This document shows positions 51,909 to 59,593 of a stretch of DNA of 61,473 nucleotides, piece after piece. The notes beneath the pieces were generated by a model that was not told the origin of the DNA, searched no databases, and saw only the letters and a list, made by a program, of their open reading frames with translations. Position 1 is the stretch's first letter. The number at the start of each line of letters is the position of its first letter. This stretch comes from Clostridia bacterium (GTDB taxonomy: Bacteria > Bacillota > Clostridia > Christensenellales > UBA1242). Both the position numbers and the translations under genes were made by a program. The stretch spans positions 1 through 61,473 of the forward strand of contig JAFTYD010000011.1 in assembly GCA_017464845.1 (NCBI GenBank). The letters run 5' to 3'.

Positions 51909-51918
51909 AAAATGTATC

Positions 51919-52896
51919 TTACATATTTTCGATTTCGGAATTCTCAATTTTTGGTTCTATAGGTTTTATCATTTTCTTTGATAAAATAGCACCTACCATT
52001 CCCATAAGACCTGTCAAAACAAAGAATAATCCAAAACTTGTTAAATCATTGTATAGTATATTACTAAAACAACCTAAATTTATTACGAAAATTACAACAA
52101 CACCAATCGCTGCTATCATAATAAATACAAAAAATTCAACAGGATATTTAAACAACAATGAAAACAAAATTAAGACACTTGTAACTATACAAACAATAGC
52201 TGTATATAAAAATATGTTTGTGTTATAAACTTTTTTAAATTCACCTTCATCATTTACAAAAATTTTTAATTTTGAAACTTTTACCATTTCCAATGGAATA
52301 ATTGTTCTATACTTTACATCATCTAATTCATATTCAACAATTGTATCATATTTAATTGTTGTGTAAGTTGTAGAAACTTCTTTTCCATATTCATCAATTT
52401 TTACTGTTTCTTTATATTTTTTATCACCTTTTTCTATTTTTTGTTCAACAATAGTTGCTGTTACAACATTATAATTGTCTTTTTTATCCTTATAAAGAAA
52501 ACCAAATATTCCAGCTATAACCAACAAAATAATTAAAAACACTACTCTAACAATTACATCTGTTTTTTTAATAGGTTTTGTGCAATCAAATATTAAATTT
52601 GTTTTTCTTCTACTATTAACAACTTTTTTTCCAGAATATTCTGTTGGTGAACCATTTTCAAATTGATCTAAAACTTTTTCTTTTAATAATCTTTTATTGT
52701 TAATAATGTTGAAAACAATAATAACGACAACCATTACTAACGGAATTATATTCCATATAGTAAAAATTTTATTACACAATTGAAAAATAACAAAACCTAG
52801 TTGTATTAAATACAAAGAAAAACTGATAAAAATTATTTTAATTGATTTTCTTAATACCTTATCATAATCTTCTTGACTTAATTTTTCTAAATCCAT
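51919..52896 (-). CDS. Hypothetical multi-pass membrane protein
   Basis: About six TM helices with an extracytoplasmic beta-rich loop. Confidence 0.7.
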   Translation of the reverse strand: MDLEKLSQEDYDKVLRKSIKIIFISFSLYLIQLGFVIFQLCNKIFTIWNIIPLVMVVVIIVFNIINNKRLLKEKVLDQFENGSPTEYSGKKVVNSRRKTNLIFDCTKPIKKTDVIVRVVFLIILLVIAGIFGFLYKDKKDNYNVVTATIVEQKIEKGDKKYKETVKIDEYGKEVSTTYTTIKYDTIVEYELDDVKYRTIIPLEMVKVSKLKIFVNDEGEFKKVYNTNIFLYTAIVCIVTSVLILFSLLFKYPVEFFVFIMIAAIGVVVIFVINLGCFSNILYNDLTSFGLFFVLTGLMGMVGAILSKKMIKPIEPKIENSEIENM

Positions 52897-52914
52897 ATTC
52901 TTCCTTCTAATTGC

Positions 52915-53250
52915 TTATCTAATAATAACAGATTCAAACCATTTTTCTTGAAAATGAGTTAACTCCCTTATTTCATCATCAGTAAAAGTTTTTCCATTTT
53001 CTACAACAATTAATTTATCATCGTCATCATCTAATCTATGAATTATTGCTATAACTTTTCCTTCAAAAGTTTCAAGAGGTTCATTTTCCCCAAGTACATA
53101 AACATCTAATTCTTCACCATCACCTGAAATTGTATTTGGAATATAACCATAATTTACTTCATATTTAAAATTATGTTTTGGGTGAAGTGAATTTAAAGGT
53201 CTATCAATAAATACTTTTACCACCTTACCTAAATAATCTTTGTTATCCAC
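52915..53250 (-). CDS. Short family I inorganic pyrophosphatase
   Basis: IDRP, NYGYIPNT, DGEELDVYV and DDDDDKLI motifs. Confidence 0.88.
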   Translation of the reverse strand: MDNKDYLGKVVKVFIDRPLNSLHPKHNFKYEVNYGYIPNTISGDGEELDVYVLGENEPLETFEGKVIAIIHRLDDDDDKLIVVENGKTFTDDEIRELTHFQEKWFESVIIR

Positions 53251-53259
53251 ATTATCTCC

Positions 53260-53874
53260 TTATTTACCTAAATTTGGATGCATTTCAACAAAGGCAGTTG
53301 GTTTTGAAATTTGAATCTTATCCATTCTATCATAACCTCTGTTTGACATTTCACTTCTTGTATGTTTTTGCTTAAACATTTTATTAACTTCTCTAATAGT
53401 AAAAACTCTTGTTGTAAAATGTTTGTCATAAGTTATTACATCATAACCTAAAATTGAAGCTTGTGCCATAATAAAGGCATCATTCATTCCATTGAATTTA
53501 TTAGGGTCATAATGAAAAGCATATTCCCCTGAAGATGTTTGAGTATTAAAATAATCATTTCTTAATTCATAAGCTAATCTTATTTCATCTTGACTAAATA
53601 CATGGAGTTTGATTTTTTTATTATTTTTAATATAATCTTCAACCAATGGTCCAAATCTTTTTGTACCTTGTTGAATTTCATTCAAAATAGTTGGTGTAAT
53701 TTCAGCAATAATTTCTCCACGTTCAATCATGTTATAAAGTTTTTCAATACTTCTTGCATAATAATAATTCATATTATCAGAAGCAGCTAACTTTTTATAG
53801 TCTCTTACTTTATCATACTTTGCAAGACTAATAACAATATTTGTATCCAATATATATGGTCTGTCGTATTTCAT
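53260..53874 (-). CDS. PIN-domain (VapC-like) ribonuclease
   Basis: LDTNI, TILNEI, NDAFI and ITYDKHF acidic catalytic residues. Confidence 0.85.
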   Translation of the reverse strand: MKYDRPYILDTNIVISLAKYDKVRDYKKLAASDNMNYYYARSIEKLYNMIERGEIIAEITPTILNEIQQGTKRFGPLVEDYIKNNKKIKLHVFSQDEIRLAYELRNDYFNTQTSSGEYAFHYDPNKFNGMNDAFIMAQASILGYDVITYDKHFTTRVFTIREVNKMFKQKHTRSEMSNRGYDRMDKIQISKPTAFVEMHPNLGK

Positions 53875-54077
53875 TAATCATTCCCTCCTTCGTCTGAAGT
53901 AACAATATCAAGACCTAATTTTTTCGCATAATTTATTGCTTCTTCTTCTTGTTTTTTATAATATTCAAGCACTTCATCTTTAGTCATTTTTCCAACAACT
54001 TGGTCTTGCTCAGCTCTATATTCTTTATAAGCTTCGCACATTTCTTTTATTGTTGGTAATTTTTCTTCTTTTTCCAT
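53874..54077 (-). CDS. Small acidic protein, putative antitoxin
   Basis: AAAGGAG RBS; its stop overlaps the PIN start (TAATG); about 67 aa. Confidence 0.6.
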   Translation of the reverse strand: MEKEEKLPTIKEMCEAYKEYRAEQDQVVGKMTKDEVLEYYKKQEEEAINYAKKLGLDIVTSDEGGND

Positions 54078-54178
54078 AATGCACACTCCTTTACATTTCT
54101 ATAATACATTAATCTTTTCTAAAAGTCAATATAAAATAAAAACAATATATATAATATATTAAACAACAATCAAAATAA

Positions 54179-54205
54179 AAAATCGAAACAAAAAAGTTTC
54201 GATTT
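54179..54205 (-). terminator. Putative terminator
   Basis: aaatcgaaac-aaaaaa-gtttcgattt hairpin after the NUDIX gene. Confidence 0.6.
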
Positions 54206-54255
54206 AAAATTTTATCTTTAATTAACACCAACTTTAAATGAAATTTTACTTTAAA

Positions 54256-54675
54256 TTATTTATTGCTTTTCAACAAAAATTCTTTAACTATTTTGAAAAA
54301 TTTTGAATGAGAATCATGATATGTAAGATTAGTTGGTTCATCATCAAAAAACCCAATTTTTTCCATTTCATATTCATTAGGTAATTCTTCTAATTTTTTA
54401 ACCTCTGCAAAAAGTAAAATGCCATAAGATGAAATACTATAAACACAAACAGGATAAATATCAAATTCTGTTGCACCTGTTTCTTCATATAACTCTCTTT
54501 TTGCAGCAGACAAATAATCTTCTCCTTCCTCAATATGCCCACCAGGAATTTCCCAAGTTTCTCTATCTTTATGTTTACAATAAATCCACTTATTGTTATA
54601 TCTACAAACAATAACTGCCCTTGTAAATAACTTTTCATCAACTGTATCTAAATCATAAAAATTAACTTCAAACAT
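54256..54675 (-). CDS. NUDIX hydrolase
   Basis: PGGHIEEGEDYLSAAKRELYEETG canonical Nudix box. Confidence 0.93.
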   Translation of the reverse strand: MFEVNFYDLDTVDEKLFTRAVIVCRYNNKWIYCKHKDRETWEIPGGHIEEGEDYLSAAKRELYEETGATEFDIYPVCVYSISSYGILLFAEVKKLEELPNEYEMEKIGFFDDEPTNLTYHDSHSKFFKIVKEFLLKSNK

Positions 54676-54769
54676 AGTATTTTCTCCTCATAAAACAACA
54701 ACTAAAATATTTTGTTTTTTATAACAACATTCATATTATTTTTATAAAATCGGTAAAAAACTATAATTT

Positions 54770-55540
54770 TTAAATATTTTTGATGATATTTTTGCCATTT
54801 TTTGTTATTTTATTATTTTCAATAACAATTCTATCACCTGTATCAACAACATTTATTTTTAATTCCTCAGCATTAAAAAACACCTTATTAATACAATGTA
54901 TTGCAAAAAAAGTTTTATCTAAATTTTCATTTTGAAATTTTGAATACCAATCATAACCTAAATGATTTTCTGTAGTTGATTCACCACAACATTCCAAAAA
55001 CATAACATCACATTCGTTAACAAAATTATCTAAATTTGGTGTGTAAGTACAATCTCCAGAAAAACCAAATTTTGTTTTTCCATCATTGAAAACATAACCA
55101 ATATCAACAAGTCTTCCATGCTTTAATTCATGCATTGTAACTGTGTAACCATCAATTTCAATTGTCTTTGAAAAGTCATCAATTTCTACAATATTTATAT
55201 ATTTTTCAATATCATCATTTTCAAAAAGAACTTTAAATAAACTAGCCATATCAGTTAAAAACTTCTTAAAATTTTTTGGTCCATAAATTGTTAAAGTTTT
55301 ATATTTTTCAGCAGGATTATATTGAATATGTTGACATAAAAACTGTAATAAAGAAACACAATGATCTGAATGAATATGTGTAATAAAAATATGCTTAACT
55401 TTTAAAAAATCAATTCCATTTTTTTCTAAATATTTTGATGTCCCCTCACCACAATCAATTAAAATATCTTTTCCAAGTGCATAACAACTAGCAGGTCTAT
55501 CTGTCCAAGATATACTTGAACCAATAACAGTAACTTCCAT
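54770..55540 (-). CDS. RNase Z/BN-like metallo-beta-lactamase fold hydrolase
   Basis: DCGEG, THIHSDH, H, SGD, LEC, HL and IH motifs. Confidence 0.85.
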   Translation of the reverse strand: MEVTVIGSSISWTDRPASCYALGKDILIDCGEGTSKYLEKNGIDFLKVKHIFITHIHSDHCVSLLQFLCQHIQYNPAEKYKTLTIYGPKNFKKFLTDMASLFKVLFENDDIEKYINIVEIDDFSKTIEIDGYTVTMHELKHGRLVDIGYVFNDGKTKFGFSGDCTYTPNLDNFVNECDVMFLECCGESTTENHLGYDWYSKFQNENLDKTFFAIHCINKVFFNAEELKINVVDTGDRIVIENNKITKNGKNIIKNI

Positions 55541-55717
55541 AATATCTCCTTTGTTAAATTATTTTTACATTAATTCATAATATAATAAAAATCCTTTTTA
55601 ATTATAACATATAATTTTCTTTTGTTAAATAATTTTTTATATTTTTAAAATATAAATAAAAATAATAAATAGAAGGATAAAAATTTTAACATTTATTGCT
55701 ATTTTTATTCAATTTTA

Positions 55718-55746
55718 TTGACAATCTAATTTTTATACCATATAAT
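55718..55746 (+). promoter_or_regulatory. Sigma-A promoter of the RNase III-viperin-Smr operon
   Basis: Perfect TTGACA (55718)-17 nt-TATAAT (55741); predicted transcription start about 55752. Confidence 0.85.
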
Positions 55747-55750
55747 AACA

Positions 55751-55899
55751 TTGCAGAATTAAAAGGTATTACTTTTTTGTGAATACGGAATAAGTATTGC
55801 TATGTTGAATACAAGATGTTGATATTCAACCCGATTTTTCAAAAAACTATCGGTAACGACATTATTAAATAATCTCGAAACCTCCTGATAATTCTGTAA
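55751..55899 (+). ncRNA. Structured 5' leader / candidate ncRNA (family not identified)
   Basis: Closing helix ttgcagaatta/taattctgtaa (11 bp, one G-U); inner hairpins ttttgt/acggaa, gttgaata/tattcaac, ccgat/atcgg and attat/ataat; begins at the predicted transcription start. Confidence 0.65.
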
Positions 55900-55905
55900 A
55901 GCTAC

Positions 55906-55927
55906 GGGAATTTATACCGTTTTATTT
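55906..55927 (+). repeat. Left arm of the inverted repeat bracketing the RNase III-domain gene
   Basis: gggaatttataccgttttattt; core 55912-55927 is the exact reverse complement of 58238-58253. Confidence 0.85.
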
Positions 55928-55961
55928 AACTAAACAGAATATGCAAAAGGAGGACTATTTT

Positions 55962-58238
55962 ATGTCTATACACAGACATGGGGATGGTCTATTTTGGCCA
56001 TCCCTATTTTCTATTTCAAATGAAATAGAAAAAAAACAATTATTAAATTTAATTGAAGAAAAAACAATTGTTAATTACACATCTCTTCAACTTGCCCAAG
56101 AAATGCTTGAAATATCAAATATGCCTTTAGATTACAGAATTGATGATCCTTGTGTACAATTAGCTTGTGAACATGTTGCTCTCAAATTTATGCTTCAAGA
56201 TTCAGAACTTGCAAAAGATTTACTAAATGAAGATGACTTTTATAAAGCAAATGAATTAATTTCAAGAAAACAATATAATAGCAAGCTATTACAAAAACTT
56301 TTACATAGTTTTTTAAAACTTTTAATATCTAAACAAAATGACAACTTAAAAAATTTGTTTACAATCTCTATTATTAATGAGTATAGTAAAGTACAAGAAG
56401 ATGAAATCAATCATTCTTATGGAGTTTTAAAAAAAATAATTGAAAAAAAAACATCAGGTGTTAAAAATAACTGTTATTATAAGGCTGAACATTCTTTACA
56501 AGCAACTCCATTAAATGACATACTTAATCAATTTATTTTAAATAAGATAAATTATAATTTTAACCAATCAAATGAATGTAAAGTAAATAACGAAACAAGT
56601 ACTCTTTTTTGTGGTTATGAACAAAAAGTAAATAATAAAATTTTACAAACAGCACTTATTAATGATGATAAATTTTGGGCAGAACATAAAAACTTTAATA
56701 TCGTAACTTTTCTTAATGAAATTGTAAATCTGAACGATATTCGTCATGCAGAAAAAGTTTTAGAATTAATTATAGAAAATTTACAAAAAATCCCACATAT
56801 AAACCTTATTTTTAAACACAACTTTCCACTTTATATGTCAAAGTATGATGAACTTGTAGAAAAACTCGAAGAACAAACATTTAGATTTTGTTTCAAACGA
56901 TTAGAGCCTTATTGTGATTTATCTATATTAAAAACAATTCATTTTTGTTATCCAATGAACAAAGTAGAACCTAATTTTTTTGAGATCGGGCAAAAAGTTT
57001 GGAATAACTTCATTTGTAAATACAATTATCCTAACAACTTTGATGATGTTAACAATTTTCTTAATAATGAAATTAATCGCTTCATATCTGGAGATACTCA
57101 TGAATATAATGATATCGCAGTTATTCTTGATGCAGCCCCATTTAGATATTCAGCCGATAATGATGATAGAAGATTATTTACAGCTTATCACCCTGATTGT
57201 TTCTCTTTTGATAATATTTGGAAACGTGTGTATCTAAAAGCTTATGCTGTTACTCTTCTTTCAAAAGACGAACAAACGCAATTTTCTTATTTACAAAGAA
57301 TTTTTGTAGATTTGATTAAAACAATTGAAAAAAGAATTGGAATTTGTACTACTCATCAACTTGATATTTCAACTCGTACAAAACATTATGAAGAACTTAA
57401 AAAAACACTTAACTTATTTGATATCAATGTAAATGATGAACATAAAAATGATTATATCATCTCTTTACTTGATAGAGATTCTGCACTCATAGAAGAAGCT
57501 GATGTTTTCCCAATCCTTGAACAGATAGGTGACGCTATATATGGATTCGCTGTTGCAGAACTTTTATTCTACGATCCTAACACTAGAAATATGTCAGAAA
57601 AGTTTGAAAATCTTACTCGTGCTGAAGCTCAAGTATTAATATCTAAAAAACATAGATTTGATAAACTTTATTTACAAATAGGCATCCCTGCTAAATACAC
57701 TGAATATGATTCTATCTTTTTTGATTACGAAAACATTAATGAAGAAAATCTTCAAATTCTTAATCAAGAAAAGTATCTTGCAGATTCACTTGAAATGATA
57801 ATAGGTTCTATTTACCGCGATGTAGGTATTGAACAATCTATCAATTTCACAAAACAACTACTTCTTACAACATTCCCAGAACAACTACATAAAGAAGTTT
57901 TCCCAACAGAAGAAAATAAATTTAACAGAGATATCGATATGGACTATTGGTCAAAAATACTCCCTTCTCCTTACTCTGTTATGAATAGTGAACTCATAAC
58001 TCTTTGGAATGCTCTTAATAAAGTCATTCTAATTACTTCGCTTGGTACTGAGACAAAAGAAAAGCGAAAATACATTACTAATAGCTTTGGCAATACTGCT
58101 ATTTATGGAGAAGAAAGCCTCAATCATATTGTAACATGGGCTTTCCATAATTATCTGAATAACGGACTTTATTCCGTTTTACAGAAATATAGCGAAAAAA
58201 TTCGCAATAATTACGAAAACAATAAAAATTTTAATTAA
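55962..58238 (+). CDS. Large protein with an RNase III catalytic domain in its C-terminal third and an uncharacterised N-terminal region
   Basis: AAGGAGG RBS before the ATG at 55962; LEQIGDAI and LADSLEMIIGSIYRD match the RNase III signatures LEFLGDAV and ADAFEALIGAIYLD; no dsRBD evident. Confidence 0.8.
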   Translation: MSIHRHGDGLFWPSLFSISNEIEKKQLLNLIEEKTIVNYTSLQLAQEMLEISNMPLDYRIDDPCVQLACEHVALKFMLQDSELAKDLLNEDDFYKANELISRKQYNSKLLQKLLHSFLKLLISKQNDNLKNLFTISIINEYSKVQEDEINHSYGVLKKIIEKKTSGVKNNCYYKAEHSLQATPLNDILNQFILNKINYNFNQSNECKVNNETSTLFCGYEQKVNNKILQTALINDDKFWAEHKNFNIVTFLNEIVNLNDIRHAEKVLELIIENLQKIPHINLIFKHNFPLYMSKYDELVEKLEEQTFRFCFKRLEPYCDLSILKTIHFCYPMNKVEPNFFEIGQKVWNNFICKYNYPNNFDDVNNFLNNEINRFISGDTHEYNDIAVILDAAPFRYSADNDDRRLFTAYHPDCFSFDNIWKRVYLKAYAVTLLSKDEQTQFSYLQRIFVDLIKTIEKRIGICTTHQLDISTRTKHYEELKKTLNLFDINVNDEHKNDYIISLLDRDSALIEEADVFPILEQIGDAIYGFAVAELLFYDPNTRNMSEKFENLTRAEAQVLISKKHRFDKLYLQIGIPAKYTEYDSIFFDYENINEENLQILNQEKYLADSLEMIIGSIYRDVGIEQSINFTKQLLLTTFPEQLHKEVFPTEENKFNRDIDMDYWSKILPSPYSVMNSELITLWNALNKVILITSLGTETKEKRKYITNSFGNTAIYGEESLNHIVTWAFHNYLNNGLYSVLQKYSEKIRNNYENNKNFN

Positions 58239-58259
58239 AATAAAACGGTATAATTTCTC
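58238..58259 (-). repeat. Right arm of the inverted repeat bracketing the RNase III-domain gene
   Basis: aaataaaacggtataatttctc, complementary to 55906-55927 (one U-U mismatch, one G-U). Confidence 0.85.
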
Positions 58260-58283
58260 CTAATTTTTTATAAAAAGGAGAAA
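58254..58283 (+). promoter_or_regulatory. Anti-Shine-Dalgarno hairpin over the viperin RBS
   Basis: tttctcct (58254-58261) is complementary to aggagaaa (58276-58283), the RBS of the ATG at 58289. Confidence 0.6.
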
Positions 58284-58288
58284 ATATT

Positions 58289-59134
58289 ATGAAAAAATTT
58301 AATGTGATAAACTATCACATAACAAACAAATGTAATTATCATTGTACATACTGCTTTGGCAAATTTAAAGGTCAAGACCCATCTATTGATGAAGCAAAAA
58401 AAATTATAAACAACATTGCATCATATTTTAGAAAAAACAAAATTAATGACGGAAGAATCAATTTTGCAGGTGGTGAGCCAACTTTATATAAACATCTTGA
58501 TGAATTAATAGATTATTCAAATTCACTTGGAATTACTACATCAATTATTACAAATGGTTATTTACTCACTCCTGAACGTATTCGCTCTTGGAAAGGTAAA
58601 ATCTCAATAATTGGAATAAGTGTCGATTCACTTTCATCTGATTCAAATAATAAAATTGGTAGATGCTATCTCAATAACTCAATATCTCTTACACAACTAA
58701 AAGAATTATCTAACTCTATACACGAATGCAACATTGATTTAAAGATAAATACCGTTGTTTCAAAACTTAATATTAACGAAAATTTTTCTGAATTATATCG
58801 TGCTTTAAAGCCAAAAAAAATTAAGTTATTTCAAATGCATTTAATTGATGGAATAAATAATAAATCAAAAAAATATGAAATAACTAAAAAAGAATTCGAT
58901 GAATTCTGTAAAAAACATCAAGAATTTGAATCTATTATTATTGCTGAACCTTGTGGAAGTATGGAAAATTCTTATTTAATGATTAATCCAGAAGGTGAAT
59001 TTCAGTTAAATAACAATGGAAATTATAAAACTTTTGGAAATTTAAATACAAATTCTCTTTATGAAATACTAAAAAATGTTCCACTAGATTCTAATAAGTT
59101 CAACCTTCGCTACTTAAAAGAAGGTTCAAGATGA
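58289..59134 (+). CDS. Prokaryotic viperin (antiviral radical SAM ddhNTP synthase)
   Basis: Viperin-diagnostic NYHITNKCNYHCTYCF, INFAGGEP, SIITNG, ISVDS, N.KIGR, KINTVV, KLFQ, M.NSYLMI and C-terminal D..KF..RY. Confidence 0.9.
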   Translation: MKKFNVINYHITNKCNYHCTYCFGKFKGQDPSIDEAKKIINNIASYFRKNKINDGRINFAGGEPTLYKHLDELIDYSNSLGITTSIITNGYLLTPERIRSWKGKISIIGISVDSLSSDSNNKIGRCYLNNSISLTQLKELSNSIHECNIDLKINTVVSKLNINENFSELYRALKPKKIKLFQMHLIDGINNKSKKYEITKKEFDEFCKKHQEFESIIIAEPCGSMENSYLMINPEGEFQLNNNGNYKTFGNLNTNSLYEILKNVPLDSNKFNLRYLKEGSR

Positions 59135-59469
59135 GTAAATATATAGAACTTAATATTAAAGATGGAATGCCTCCTGCTTGTGAAGCAATGGATTGTTTAA
59201 AAAATTTATTTGAAAGATGTCGCGTTAATAAATACAAATGTATACTTATCATTCATGGTTATGGCAGCACAGGTAAAGGTGGAAAAATCCGTAAGTTAAC
59301 TCGTACATGGTTAGAAAAACAAAAACAAAAAAGAAAAATCAAAACTATTATAATTGGAGAAGATTTTAATATTTATAATCCAAAAGCATTAGAATTAAAA
59401 AATAAATACCATGAACTCTCTCCACTACTATCTGTTTGCAATCATGGTGTAACGGTAATAGAAATCTAA
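59131..59469 (+). CDS. Stand-alone Smr (MutS2 C-terminal) domain nuclease
   Basis: LNIKDGMP, IIHGYGSTG.GG.IR and N.GVT motifs; ATGA overlap with the viperin stop. Confidence 0.85.
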   Translation: MSKYIELNIKDGMPPACEAMDCLKNLFERCRVNKYKCILIIHGYGSTGKGGKIRKLTRTWLEKQKQKRKIKTIIIGEDFNIYNPKALELKNKYHELSPLLSVCNHGVTVIEI

Positions 59470-59515
59470 TCTAAAATACAAATAAAAATGTCATTAGATG
59501 ATTAATTTTAAAAAT

Positions 59516-59547
59516 AAAAACCTATTAGAGAAAACTAATAGGTTTTT
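59516..59547. terminator. Bidirectional intrinsic terminator
   Basis: aaaacctattag-agaaaa-ctaataggtttt hairpin between Smr and the convergent gene. Confidence 0.8.
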
Positions 59548-59593
59548 ATTTTTATAATATAATTTCATATGAAACTTAAATATATACAATCTC

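Noticed and set aside
55870-55895. Hammerhead ribozyme (cgaaac...ctgata)
   Set aside because: The CUGAnGA core is incomplete and the required helices are not arranged correctly.
4321-57237. Numerous 60-113-aa nested or antisense ORFs in the track (e.g. 4321, 7472, 12644, 27013, 30532, 44163, 49184, 54390, 56980)
   Set aside because: They lie inside well-supported genes, lack recognisable motifs and are expected by chance.
55751-58259. Retron msr-msd or IS/MITE interpretation of the leader and inverted repeats
   Set aside because: No reverse transcriptase, transposase or recombinase is encoded in the window, and no target-site duplication is evident.
58289-59134. MoaA or generic radical SAM annotation
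   Set aside because: No C-terminal auxiliary-cluster cysteine motif; viperin-specific NYH, KINTV, FQ, SYL and KF..RY motifs are present.
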